A stretch of DNA of 60,657 nt, filler included, from Nemertoderma westbladi (GCA_032718475.1; 3 parts of 3 records of this genome joined end to end with filler, not necessarily neighbours in it); one strand, 5' to 3'; shown: positions 11,455 through 24,628, numbered from the whole stretch's first letter. Made by a program: numbers and translations. Notes: generated by a model not told the origin, from the sequence alone.

Positions 11455-13869
11455 CTACGTATTGTTTTTAGCTTTCAATCTGGACTGGGCAGCCGCCTCC
11501 TCCAGACCTTTACCCAGAAGGATTAACATCACCTCCTCATTGGTCCTCTCCTTGGCAACGTGAAAGGCTGTTGCCCCTACGGCCGAGCACCTTTGGTGTA
11601 GGTTAGCGCCGTAGGCCAGCAGTACCTTAACCACCTCAGTGTGCCCCATCTCGGCGGCGACGAACAAAGGCGTAGCCCCGTTTACTACAGCCTTATCGAC
11701 GGCGGCGCCACGCTCAGTCAACTCGCTCACCACCGCGCAATGTCCGTTCTGAGCCGCTACAAACAGCGCTGTTGAGCCGTCCGTGAGACACGCCGTGTCC
11801 AGGTTGGCAGCCGCATCCAGGAGTAGGCGAACCACCTCCGTGTGGCCCAGTTCGCTCGCTATGTACAGAGGAGAGGCGCCTAAATCGCGAGTTCTGTTTA
11901 CATCCGCGCCGTGGTGTAAGAGAAGTTGGACAATGTGGCGGTGGCCGCGCTGACAGGCTATATAGAGAGGTGTAGCGCCATCTAGCAATCGACTCGCATT
12001 ACTATTTGCTCCTTTTGCTAATAAGACGGCCGCCGTAGCTAGAAAAACAAACGATCTTCATTAATATAGTAGTGGTATGTGGTATACTAAAGGTGCTACG
12101 AAAGAAATAAAAATATTTAAAATAAAATTAAGGTTGTCTATGTCAGTTAGGAGATATTCAGTCTATGGCTATATCCAGGAAAAAATCGGCGCAAAACAGC
12201 TGATTACTATTGAGTTTAGTTTATTGTTTTGGTTAGAAAAACAAGCCACTGTAACCTGCTCCTTTCCCTAAATTGATAATTTTGAAATTGATACCAGATA
12301 CTAATTTGCCGAGATGGTATTTGTGACCAGCCACCCACAACCCCCCTGCCACCCCCCCCCCCCCTCCCCCGTCTCGGGTATAGGAGTACCAGTACATCTG
12401 AAAAAGTAATTATGTACAGTAGTAACAGAGTAATCAGGTCCTCCCAGAACTATACACCCCAGAGGAAACATGAAACTCCTTTTCCCACCAATTAATAGGC
12501 AAATACTGTATCAGTCCCATAAGGCATTATTCACTATTGTCCAATTGAAATCGTCCTGACCCCTCTCGTGTATCGTACGTGACTATGTCAAACAATTTAT
12601 TTCTAACATAATAACTACATAAATGTTCCTAACCAACGTGATCGTTCTGAGCCGTTGTATGTAGCGGACCGGAGCCATCCATGGCCGGCGCGTCTATGTC
12701 GCATTCCGCATCGATTAGTGTACGCACCACTTCTGTATGGCCGTTGGAGGCTGCCGCATACAGCGGGGTGCAACGGTCGTCCGTGCTTCTGGTGTCCCTA
12801 CCGGCACCGGCAGACAGCAGTAACTTCACGCAGTCCAGGTATCCCCGCTGAGAGGCGATGTACAATGGACTGGCCCCGTTGGTGCTGCGACACTTGTTTG
12901 GATTACTTCCTGGAATATAATCATACAGTACTCTTAGGCCTATTGTAATTATTATTTATTACTACAGCTACTACTAGGTCGAGCGAACTCGGACAATTAT
13001 TTATTAGATCTGTAATAAATATCTAATGATGTTCAATACATATGATTATAGCATATATTAGGCTGGCTCGAAGTGATAGACCTGATTAAAACCATTTTAG
13101 GCCAACAGTACAACATGAAACATTTTATTTCTTCTTTTTTATGTTCATTAAGTTTTCTAAACAAACTCAATTTGTAAACAAAACAGATGCTGGGATTTAT
13201 TGTGAAAATGCGAGTACCTTTTCTACGTCAGTTTAGATTTTATCATAAAGCGTATTTGCTAAATTTTTTAATTATGTAATTCACTCAGCGAAAAATATAT
13301 ATTAATGTTTAGCTACCGGTAGTCCTTTTTCAGTATTTCTTTATTTCGGAATATTTATACTAACCCTTGGCTAAAAGGGCGGCGGCGACCTCGGAATGTC
13401 CGTGTTGTACAGCTACAATGAGGGGCGTGGCGCCATCTTGCAATCTAACGACGTCAACCTCACTCCCACGCCCAACCAGCATCTTTACAACCTGAGTATG
13501 ACCGTTCTCACAAGCGGCGAATAACGGCATTATCATCCATTGAGGCGATACATTACTAGCCGCTAGGGGGTGCCCCTTATTTAAAAGAGTTCTCACTATT
13601 GATTCCTCTGCGTTTTGCCCGGCTACATACAATGGTTTCCCCTCGCTGCTAATTGGCTTGTTATTACTGGTCGTTGGGGTGGCGTTCTCTGTTGTCTCGG
13701 TATCCAGGACAACGCGAATTACTTCGGTGTGGCCGCTAGTCGACGTGGATGTGTACACCGAAGTGGTGCGAGTGGCCCCGCTTACTGGTTGGTTAACTAT
13801 CGGCGATAAACTACCCGGTTTACTGAGCAGATCGGCTATCGATTCACCGGATGTTAGACAAAACTCCAT
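11455..13869 (-). CDS. Ankyrin-repeat protein, 3 coding exons (13869-13365, 12909-12634, 12038-11455), 454 aa, ~11 ANK repeats
   Basis: Donors G|GTTAGT and G|GTTAGG and acceptors TTCCAG| and TTCTAG| give two phase-1 introns. The spliced frame is continuous (…LLAKG-SNPNKCRSTNGASPLYIASQRG…QNDHV-ATAAVLLAKG…), 1365 nt in total, with repeated TPLxxAxxxGHxEVVxLLL motifs. An upstream exon cannot be excluded. Confidence 0.92.
12962..12995 (-). mobile_element. 34-bp extreme 3' fragment of an RTE LINE in ankyrin intron 1
   Basis: CTACTAGGTCGAGCGAACTCGGACA matches the 3' terminus and tail of the RTE at ~50805-50843; flanked by the 11-bp direct repeat ATTATTTATTA (12951-12961, 12996-13006). Confidence 0.7.
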
Positions 13870-14421
13870 TGTAAAAAAGGCTATTTATGATATAATCAGT
13901 AATTTTAGTTTAAATTGAAGGTGTTCATTTTTAAATAAATAGAAAATATTATAATAATTATTTATTACTTGGGAAAAATGTATAACTTTTTTTCACTATT
14001 CTCGAGGAATTTCATTTACCGAATGCCAGCTGTAGAAGTTAATTAATAGTGTTACCAAAAAATTGAGCTGTAGTATTTTAAAATTTTCATTCATCTACTG
14101 CTATTCCAATAATTTTACTCTTCAACTCCGGATGCTTCCTTACTCAATGTTAAATAATTTAGTGTTCTCGAATATTTATTACGTAACTAGAGAGCCACTT
14201 AACAACATAAACCAATGCGGGATATTGAGTTCCGGTTTGGAGTTCGCCTTGTAGTCACTTAGTTTCTATAACTTTTGAGTGCGAGTGAAAGGAGTTTGCT
14301 CAAATTACTTACTAATTTTCAAAACTTTTGTTGCTCTTTTAACCAAATAATACCATTTAAGGAATTTCTCCAGAATATTTTATTTTAATTTTTCGGTACG
14401 AAAAAGTTAAAATGCATTACG

Positions 14422-17400
14422 CCTACTGTACATTGTACAGTGTACTGACCTACTGTACAGTGTACTGACCTACTGTACAGTGTACTGACCTACTGTACAG
14501 TGTACTGACCTACTGTACAGTGTACAGTGTACTGACCTACTGTACAGTGTACTGACCTACTGTACAGTGTACTGACCTACTGTACAGTGTACTGACCTAC
14601 TGTACAGTGTACTGACCTACTGTACAGTGTACTGACCTACTGTACAGTGTACTGACCTACTGTACAGTGTACTGACCTACTGTACAGTGTACTGACCTAC
14701 TGTACAGTGTACTGACCTACTGTACAGTGTACTGACCTACTGTACAGTGTACAGTGTACTGACCTACTGTACAGTGTACTGACCTACTGTACAGTGTACA
14801 GTGTACTGACCTACTGTACAGTGTACAGTGTACTGACCTACTGTACAGTGTACTGACCTACTGTACAGTGTACTGACCTACTGTACAGTGTACTGACCTA
14901 CTGTACAGTGTACTGACCTACTGTACAGTGTACTGACCTACTGTACAGTGTACTGACCTACTGTACAGTGTACTGACCTACTGTACAGTGTACTGACCTA
15001 CTGTACAGTGTACTGACCTACTGTACAGTGTACTGACCTACTGTACAGTGTACTGACCTACTGTACAGTGTACTGACCTACTGTACAGTGTACTGACCTA
15101 CTGTACAGTGTACTGACCTACTGTACAGTGTACAGTGTACTGACCTACTGTACAGTGTACAGTGTACTGACCTACTGTACAGTGTACTGACCTACTGTAC
15201 AGTGTACAGTGTACTGACCTACTGTACAGTGTACAGTGTACTGACCTACTGTACAGTGTACAGTGTACTGACCTACTGTACAGTGTACAGTGTACTGACC
15301 TACTGTACAGTGTACTGACCTACTGTACAGTGTACTGACCTACTGTACAGTGTACTGACCTACTGTACAGTGTACTGACCTACTGTACAGTGTACTGACC
15401 TACTGTACAGTGTACTGACCTACTGTACAGTGTACTGACCTACTGTACAGTGTACTGACCTACTGTACAGTGTACTGACCTACTGTACAGTGTACTGACC
15501 TACTGTACAGTGTACTGACATACTGTACAGTGTACTGACCTACTGTACAGTGTACTGACCTACTGTACAGTGTACAGTGTACTGACCTACTGTACAGTGT
15601 ACTGACCTACTGTACAGTGTACTGACCTACTGTACAGTGTACAGTGTACTGACCTACTGTACAGTGTACTGACCTACTGTACAGTGTACTGACCTACTGT
15701 ACAGTGTACAGTGTACTGACCTACTGTACAGTGTACAGTGTACTGACCTACTGTACAGTGTACTGACCTACTGTACAGTGTACTGACCTACTGTACAGTG
15801 TACTGACCTACTGTACAGTGTACTGACCTACTGTACAGTGTACTGACCTACTGTACAGTGTACTGACCTACTGTACAGTGTACTGACCTACTGTACAGTG
15901 TACTGACCTACTGTACAGTGTACTGACCTACTGTACAGTGTACTGACCTACTGTACAGTGTACAGTGTACTGACCTACTGTACAGTGTACTGACCTACTG
16001 TACAGTGTACTGACCTACTGTACAGTGTACTGACCTACTGTACAGTGTACTGACCTACTGTACAGTGTACTGACCTACTGTACAGTGTACTGACCTACTG
16101 CACAGTGTACTGACCTACTGTACAGTGTACTGACCTACTGTACAGTGTACTGACCTACTGTACAGTGTACTGACCTACTGTACAGTGTACTGACCTACTG
16201 TACAGTGTACTGACCTACTGTACAGTGTACTGACCTACTGTACAGTGTACTGACCTACTGTACAGTGTACTGACCTACTGTACAGTGTACTGACCTACTG
16301 TACAGTGTACTGACCTACTGTACAGTGTACTGACCTACTGTACAGTGTACTGACCTACTGTACAGTGTACTGACCTACTGTGCAGTGTACTGACCTACTG
16401 TACAGTGTACTGACCTACTGTACAGTGTACTGACCTACTGTACAGTGTACTGACCTACTGTACAGTGTACTGACCTACTGTACAGTGTACTGACCTACTG
16501 TACAGTGTACTGACCTACTGTACAGTGTACTGACCTACTGTACAGTGTACTGACCTACTGTACAGTGTACTGACCTACTGTACAGTGTACTGACCTACTG
16601 TACAGTGTACTGACCTACTGTACAGTGTACTGACCTACTGTACAGTGTACTGACCTACTGTACAGTGTACTGACCTACTGTACAGTGTACTGACCTACTG
16701 TACAGTGTACTGACCTACTGTACAGTGTACTGACCTACTGTACAGTGTACTGACCTACTGTACAGTGTACTGACCTACTGTACAGTGTACTGACCTACTG
16801 TACAGTGTACTGACCTACTGTACAGTGTACTGACCTACTGTACAGTGTACTGACCTACTGTACAGTGTACTGACCTACTGTACAGTGTACTGACCTACTG
16901 TACAGTGTACTGACCTACTGTACAGTGTACTGACCTACTGTACAGTGTACTGACCTACTGTACAGTGTACTGACCTACTGTACAGTGTACTGACCTACTG
17001 TACAGTGTACTGACCTACTGTACAGTGTACTGACCTACTGTACAGTGTACTGACCTACTGTACAGTGTACTGACCTACTGTACAGTGTACTGACCTACTG
17101 TACAGTGTACTGACCTACTGTACAGTGTACTGACCTACTGTACAGTGTACTGACCTACTGTACAGTGTACTGACCTACTGTACAGTGTACTGACCTACTG
17201 TACAGTGTACTGACCTACTGTACTGTGTACTGACCTACTGTACAGTGTACTGACCTACTGTACAGTGTACTGACCTACTGTACAGTGTACTGACCTACTG
17301 TACAGTGTACTGACCTACTGTACAGTGTACTGACCTACTGTACAGTGTACTGACCTACTGTACAGTGTACTGACCTACTGTACAGTGTACTGACCTACTG

Positions 17401-17458
17401 TACAGTGTACTGACCTACTGTACAGTGTACTGACCTACTGTACAGTGTACAGTAGGTC
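14422..17458. repeat. 20-bp satellite TACAGTGTACTGACCTACTG, ~150 copies
   Basis: Highly homogeneous array; 27-bp variants with an extra TACAGTG occur only in the left half; ends in a 13-bp inverted repeat. Confidence 0.98.
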
Positions 17459-18497
17459 TCTTTTAAAAAATATTCATTTTTCTCCCTCCCCATATTAGGG
17501 TATATTCGAGCGAAAAGTAATTAATTTAAGAATAAAGCCTTAATATTGTATATTGATGTACTTTGAAATTTATTATTTTAGTAATTTATATTGTATTAGG
17601 GCCTACAGTATGTGGTGGGGTTAATTTCATTCTAATATTATATTACACTACAATAACTGGATGTTGGCTCCTTACATAGTATTTTATTTGGCAGCGGATT
17701 CGACCCTGGAATGGGGGCGGTTGAATGACGGTCAATGAGTTCGATTTGGGTGGGAAACGGCGGAGGTTACAGTATATGGTAAGCCTTACACTGTATGCTG
17801 TTAGTGTAGCCCCCCCCCCCCCCCCCCCTTACTGTAGAAGATTACTGTTGATGTTTGAAGGTTCGATTTTGTGACTCGAGATTAGCGATTTGAGGCGGTT
17901 TTAAAATTCCGCTATAAACAGTTGCCATAAAAATAAACAGAATTATAATAGCAGATAAAAATTATTGATAATTTGTCGCCAATTAAGTTAGTCCTTGGTT
18001 GAAAACGGCCCACGAATATAATAATTAAGGCAGGAATTTTACGTCTGTTTTTTTAATATTTCTCAGTTTTGTATCGTTCAATACATTCAGTTTTAAATAC
18101 AAGCAATAAGTATTTCTGTCTCTTTTTTTAATGACTTTTTTGTCTATTTATTAACTTTATCAGTGAGTTTTATCTATCATTTTTTAGCCTTCCCACCTTT
18201 CTCCCGTGGGTATTACTAATTATCGTTCAGAAGAGAAGCAGTAAAAGCAAGAAAAAGAATATACATTACTAGCTACCATAAAAGTTTGTTGGTAATAGTT
18301 TTCTAGCTACCATAAAAGTTTGTTGCTAATAGTTTTCTTAACAAAAATCAACAATTAAACAAACAAATAGAGTAAATAAATAAAAACCAATAAATAAGTT
18401 AAATAACGGACATAAACTGGAAAATGACGAGCGTAATTAAAAATAAACTGACAATGAGAGTAGTTTCATATAATAATAACTTAGGCTTACCTGAAAT

Positions 18498-19867
18498 CAA
18501 GGACTTCTAGAACATAGTATATATTCAGGACGCGATGCTCGCATACAGTGTTAATTTTATTAGAGGCCGGTATTCATTATCTTAGATTCTTAATTTATAG
18601 ATATAGTGTAGCTATACTTCCAAGTATGGTAGGCGTTATTATGCTCAAACCATTAACTTTGCCTTATCCCAATTCTTCCGAAGTTGGAGTGCTTATAAAG
18701 GTTTATGTGAGACGCTTTACTACCACATCCGTCAGTGTTAATGAAACACATTGGTGTACTGAATACCCTTGATTCTATCGAAGAATGTCGAAAAACGATT
18801 TCTGAGATATTGGGAAGCATTGCACCATCATCTGGCAAACCGCAGATGATGGTCATATTTAACGAGATTCACATAAAAGCCAGTATACAGTACCGCGGCG
18901 GACATTTGATAGGACATGCAGTAGATGGACCATTCGAAACAATCGATCAATCGAAACCAGCTAGGACGGTTCTGAGTATCATGGTTATGGTTAAGCCCTT
19001 ATTGAGTGGATGTGCATTCATGGTGAAGTTGATCCCAGTCTACTCATTGAAGAATGACTTTCTCATAGAACAGCTTTCGAAGGTAATTAACTACGAAGGC
19101 AATATACTGATGAAGGGACTCTCCAAGTTCTACAGAAATAAAGCGGCTAATGACAGAGATGTGGAGACGAACAATAGGAAGAAGAGAAAACTGAATAACC
19201 AATAGGGCTGCAATAAACATAAATTAGACGAGACTGTTGAATAAGAGCTTACTGTAGCTAAATGTGTTATCGAAAATGAACACTTATTGTGAATAAAAAT
19301 TAAGTAAAATGTAAAGTTTTTCAGGCGTTAGGCCAGGGATTACATTACGCACAAAGTTCTTTGACTTATTCTCAGTAAATAAACAGTAAATTTTCAGTAA
19401 ACAATAATAAGTCTAAAAAGTCTAACTATACTCTGGGATAAACGTATAGAAACCGCCTCCAGATTATACATACAGTATTTCGAAATATTGTGGCTCGTAT
19501 ATTTAATTAGGAGTTCGGTTTCAGTGGTAGATACAGTCAGTTATTTCACACAACTTATTATTTCAAAGGTTATTTCAAATATCTTTCAACATTAGTTATT
19601 TTGTACTAATAAATTATCGCTAGCAAATTGTCGTAAAATATTTACATTAAAAGAAAGTACAGTACATTAGGTTGTTTCTCAATACAAATTAAAAACATTA
19701 AAAACGTTCGCATTAAAAACAATGAAAGGAAATTGAGAGAGTTTACTTCTGTAAATTAAAGTAATTAGGCCTACACTGAATAGAAAAAACCGGCCTCTAA
19801 TAAAATTAACACTGTATGCCAGCATCGCGTCCTGAATATACAGTATACTATGTTCTAGAAGTCCTTG
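18498..19867 (+). mobile_element. Internally deleted P-superfamily DNA transposon
   Basis: ~75-bp TIRs beginning CAAGGACTTCTAGAAC; 7-bp TSD CTGAAAT (18491-18497, 19868-19874); contains transposase remnants. Confidence 0.88.
18575..19205 (+). pseudogene. P-element/THAP9-type transposase remnant
   Basis: YLRFLI…LTLPYPNS, then a frameshift to MVIFNEIHIKASIQYRGGHLIG…ARTVLSIMV…KLIPVYSLK. This resembles the region around the first catalytic Asp (FDE, here FNE); the rest of the catalytic domain is missing. Confidence 0.72.
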
Positions 19868-19877
19868 CTGAAATCTA

Positions 19878-20768
19878 CACCATGTCCTGGAATATAGTGT
19901 CGTTATTCAGGTACCTGCCCCCCCCCCCCCCAAATTTTTCTACAAATCTTAATGAGATTGCATGAAATTTGAAACAGAGATAGTTTCACCTCCCGACCAC
20001 TGACTGGGTGAGCTAGAATTTTTATTTTTGCTTTCAATCTTTAGCTACAAGTGTTTGAAAAATGTGTCTCCGGCGATATTTCACAGGTCACAGTGCAATC
20101 ATTCTTCAACCTTATAGTGATTTGATGGTACCAATAGAAAGCTGCCCATGTAAGGATTCCAAATATGTAACATAATCTAAATTTCGTTGAAAACTAGCTG
20201 AGATATGAGCGTTGAAAAGTTGCATGGTTTTGCATCTGCATGAGGCTGTTTTATTCTATTAAATAAAAATAACATATTCTAGAACATTTTGTTTATTTAT
20301 GAATAGCTAAGCAATAGTATAATAATTAAAGAGGCATTGCATTGTTGTCCAGCTACGTATGGAATAAACAAAATGTTCTAGAACATTGTGTATTTCTCAA
20401 ATATAATAAAATAGCCCCGCGCAGGTGCAAAACAATGCAAATATCTCAGCTTTTTTTCAACGAAAATCAAATTGTGTTACATATTTGGAATCCTTGCACG
20501 GCCAGCTTACCCCATTAGTGCCAACAAATCACTATAAGGTCGCACTGTGACCTGTGAAAAATAGCCGGAGACATATTTTTCAAACGCTTGTAGCTAAAGA
20601 TTGAAAGCAATAATAAAAATTCTGGCTCACCCACGGAGGAGGAGTGAGGTGAAACAATCTCTGTTTCAAATTTCATGCAAGCTCATTAAGATTTGTAGAA
20701 AAATTTGGGGGGGGGGGGGGGGGGGGGGCATGTACCTGAATAACGACACTATATTCCAGGACATGGTG
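19878..20768. mobile_element. Foldback-type MITE, Tc1/mariner-like (TA TSD)
   Basis: CACCATGTCCTGGAATATAGTGTCGTTATTCAGGTAC at 19878 and its reverse complement ending at 20768; inverted arms extend ~400 bp; TA on both flanks. Confidence 0.92.
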
Positions 20769-22104
20769 TAATAATGTTAACCTGGCGACATGTCGCATAC
20801 ATCAGTAATACTTTACATACTAGCAAGTTGCTCCTTATCATATCATTTACAGTGTAGTAATTGTGGCTTTACCTTAGCCTACTGTAATTATGCTATTCCA
20901 TTACCACTACACTGTACAAAATAAATATTGCATGTCATTTCGAGCACAGTACAGTATACAGTACATACAGTAATGTATAATGGTTCGAAGCCAAGACAAA
21001 TATATTCTCGTAAGTTCTTATCAAAAGCTTGGTTTCGTGGTACTGTACAGGTAGTTGCTTTCTATGGATCTAACAATAACATTAAGCGTTTTGTTTTCTT
21101 TTTGTTCCCTTTTTATGTTTCATTTTGCAACTTATTATACACCCATCCAGAGCAGAGATTCCACCCCCACAAAATCGCAAATAATTTTGATAAATAGTTG
21201 AATTGGAAATTGAAATAAAGCAGTCCCAAGCCTTCTTAATGTTGGAGACGGGGGTGGGGTTTTCTGGGGGAGGGGGATGGTGTGGTGGGACTAGACGCAA
21301 ATTCCATCTTGGCGGATTACTATTTCGTCTCAATTTCAAACAATCAATTTAGGGAAAGGAGCAGGTTACAGTGGAACGATATTCTAACTAAAGCAATTAA
21401 CGAAAGTCAATACAACAGGTTACAGTTTTATTTTTGGAAGCTGTTGTGTAAAAACTCTATTTTCGATATTCAGCCAATAAAGTTATAAATCTCATAGAAC
21501 CGACCATTTTGCAAACATGTGTATTATCTTGCAGACACCCAGCAGTTTATATTACAATAATTATGGAGTTTTATAAATGATAACATTTTTATAAATAAAT
21601 TATCATATTTTTCGAATCATTATTTTATTAATATATTTATATCATAATCATATAATATTTTCTAATTTAACGAAACGAAAATAACAATTTTAATTTAATA
21701 AAAAACGAATCATGCATTATTTAGTTTTGCATATATTTTGGCGTCATTTGTTTGGTTCAACATTTTTTCGTCGTCATGTTTTCGTCTCGTTACTGTCAAA
21801 TGTTTTTAGTTTTAATTTCGTTTCGTTAAGCCATCCCTGATTTATTTACTTGTATATTATAATATCTGACTTTGTTAAATTATGTAAAATGCTACATCAC
21901 AACAAAAAATTTAGTTCATAATTACGTTATTATCATCATCTTTAATTATAATAATTTAACCCTAGCTAACCATCTTATTTGATACAAAAACAAGCCAAAT
22001 ACATATAATATAACCACCAGTCTAAGACTAATTAATGACATAAATAAATTAAATGTTCATCAAGGGGGTGTTTGTTCATTATTGTTCAATCAGTAACACA
22101 ATTT

Positions 22105-23729
22105 TTATTCTGAGGTTAATGTATCATCCCCAAATAGTCGCGGAGTTTGATTAACAATCTCCTGTTGACCAGCAAGTTCCAAATGTTGCGTCATGGTGGC
22201 TATCTCTCTGTCATCCTCATTGCTTTTCGAGTAGTCATCACTGGGCATGTGTAGAACCAAATTGTCGTAGAGTTGAGTGGCTTGCAACGGCTGTATCTCC
22301 AAGTAGAATCCGTGCGATCTCTGCAGATCGATTTTATTTGCATGCGAACGGCCAAATGATAAATAAACCCTGGGATCGTCTGGCAGACAACCTAAACTCG
22401 CTAATTTCTTTGCTTCCTTCAGATATTTCTCGTGAGAAAACACGGAATAACCATCCGAATCAGCGTTAGCATCCCGGGCTAATCGCAAATCTTTTACATA
22501 AATCGAGGCTTTACAGAACCGCTTCACGAAGATATCGCCGCGTGAATTAATGTTGATTAGGAGGCCACGTTTGGACATCTTGTATATCTCAGTTAGATGG
22601 CTACGTAGATTATTTTCACCTTTGTTGAAGGATGAATCAATAGCGGAAACAACCATGTCATCAATGACAGGAAAGTAGATCCAGCCGATGCTGGATTCCA
22701 TCGGGAATTCTTTGTATTGCATCGCAAACTCTGCCTCAGCTGTGCACTTAGGGATGATGCAACAGTTACCCGATAAATTGTGAAAGCTATTCACCTCCAT
22801 GGTTTCATTAGATTTCACCATTTGGAAATCTTCGACTGATTTCTCATGCGACCAAAATTTCAAGCGGAAAATTGAGACCATCTCGGGACTGGAAATCGAG
22901 ATATCTTCCAACCGGTTTATCGTCGCTGTCAATTTTTTTATTAATGCGAGTTCACGGGAGTTGGGATTGGCACGAATTACTGAGGCCGATCGTTCTGAAC
23001 CCAGGTAGCTATCTATATCGATTCCTCGCCGCTTTGCAACTGGGACGCCGATGTTGTGGTCGCGTTGGACGTAGCCTTTGGGATCGCGGTACTGATCGGT
23101 TCCTCCCACAACCTGCCCCATGGTGAATCCCCCCGGGGATCCCCGTTTACTGCTAGAGGGTCGACCTTCGATAATGTCATTTAGGAGGCCGTCGCTTGAT
23201 GACCCCGTGCTGCGATTACTTGCCGGAGAATCTGACTCGGCGATGCTGTAGTGAGAACTGTTGAAGGACCCCGGGGTTCCTATTAATTGAACTTGTCTTT
23301 GAGTAGTCGAAACGAAATTCACATCTTGCTGTGGCATTGGCTGGTTGATTTGTTGTTGATATGGGGAGGATGATATCACAATAGTATGTCCCAGATTGAC
23401 AGGTGATGCGGGAATGAGACCTCCATTGTTATCAGGCATCATGTAGGTTGGCCCTCCTGGCGCTGCACCCTGATATGGGGTTTCGCCCATCTCAGCAACA
23501 GAATGTTTTAACGTCTGAGCCGCGCCCCTTAACATAACATTGGTATTACAACTCGATTGGTTTGGTTGTAGTGAAGGACCCAACGTTACCTGGGCTCCCA
23601 AAGGACTCATCTGTGTGAAGTTATTGTAATTGATAGCGGTCTGTCCGGCTTGTGGGGACGCCACTAGCGTCGTTGCATCGTACATGATGTTAGTAGGTGG
23701 GGGGAAGGCTGTTACAGACGTAGCGCCAT
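22105..23729 (-). CDS. Terminal exon of an interferon regulatory factor (IRF)-like gene: low-complexity linker plus IRF association domain (SMAD/MH2-like fold)
   Basis: Acceptor CTGTAG| at 23730 is in frame with the 526-aa ORF. The C-terminal ~200 aa shows IAD-type motifs (IYFP…KRGLLI…DIFVKRFCKASIY…VFSHEKYL…P..RVYLSFG…LEIQPLQATQL). DNA-binding-domain exons are not in this segment. Family-level call only. Confidence 0.8.
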
Positions 23730-23829
23730 CTACAGGTATAAATGCTTTATTTTTACTTGAACGCAGTTAGTAAGGGAATTTGGATATACACAATAGACTT
23801 TTCAGTTTCCTAAAAACACTGAATTATTT

Positions 23830-23929
23830 NNNNNNNNNNNNNNNNNNNNNNNNNNNNNNNNNNNNNNNNNNNNTTAATTAATTAANNNNNNNNNNNNNNN
23901 NNNNNNNNNNNNNNNNNNNNNNNNNNNNN
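23830..23929. other. Artificial contig linker (N44-TTAATTAATTAA-N44)
   Basis: Exactly 100 bp; the central 12-mer has stop codons in all six frames. Confidence 0.98.
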
Positions 23930-23958
23930 TGCTTAATTAACAATAATCAATAAAATAA

Positions 23959-24628
23959 GGCCCCCCTCACAAGGAGCAACTTGTGTCTGCAACTTGTTTC
24001 TGAAATTTGTTGCTGCACTCCCTCCCACACAAAAACGAGTTGCTGCAACTTGTTTCCGAAACTTGTTTCAGCAACTTGTCCCCCTAGCTGGACCCCCCTC
24101 ACACACAGAAACTTGTTTCTGAAACTTGTTGCTGGACCCCCTCACACACAGAAACTTGTTGCTGGACCGCTCACACACAGAAACTTGTTGCTGGACCCCC
24201 TCACACACAGAAACTTGTTGCTGCAACTTGTTGCTGGACCCCCTCACACACAGAAACTTGTTGCTGCAACTTGTTGCTGGACCCCCTCACACACAGAAAC
24301 TTGTTGCTGCAACTTGTTGCTGGACCCCCTCCTCACACACATAAACTTGTTGCTGCAACTTGCTGCTGGACCCCCTCACACACAGAAACGTGTTGCTGCA
24401 ACTTGTTGCTGGACCCCCTCACACACAGAAACTTGTTGCTGCAACTTGCTGCTGGACCCCCTCACACACAGAAACTTCTTGCTCAAGAAAATAACAATTA
24501 TTTCCAAAAAAATTGCTAATATGTCCAGTCATAATAATATCTAATCACTCACATTATCAAATGTTAGCTAGCATACAAATTAAGTGTCCAACAAATGCAG
24601 AATGAAGTTGGTCCGTGTGAGGGGGGCC
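23959..24628. mobile_element. PIF/Harbinger-like MITE with an internal 33/45-bp tandem array
   Basis: GGCCCCCCTCACAAGGAGCAACTT … AAGTTGGTCCGTGTGAGGGGGGCC inverted termini; flanks TAA / TAT (imperfect TSD); internal repeats GGACCCCCTCACACACAGAAACTTGTTGCTGCAACTTGTTGCT reuse the terminal motif. Confidence 0.65.

Noticed and set aside
12972-12995. Helitron 3' end (hairpin plus CTAG)
   Set aside because: The same motif is the terminus of the RTE near 50820-50843 and this copy has a TSD, which Helitrons do not make.
14422-17458. Telomeric repeat
   Set aside because: The array is interstitial with unique sequence on both sides and lacks a G-rich strand bias.
23874-23885. TTAATTAATTAA palindrome inside N-runs (also 47920-47931) as a biological site
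   Set aside because: It is a six-frame stop spacer placed symmetrically within exactly 100 bp, i.e. an assembly artefact.
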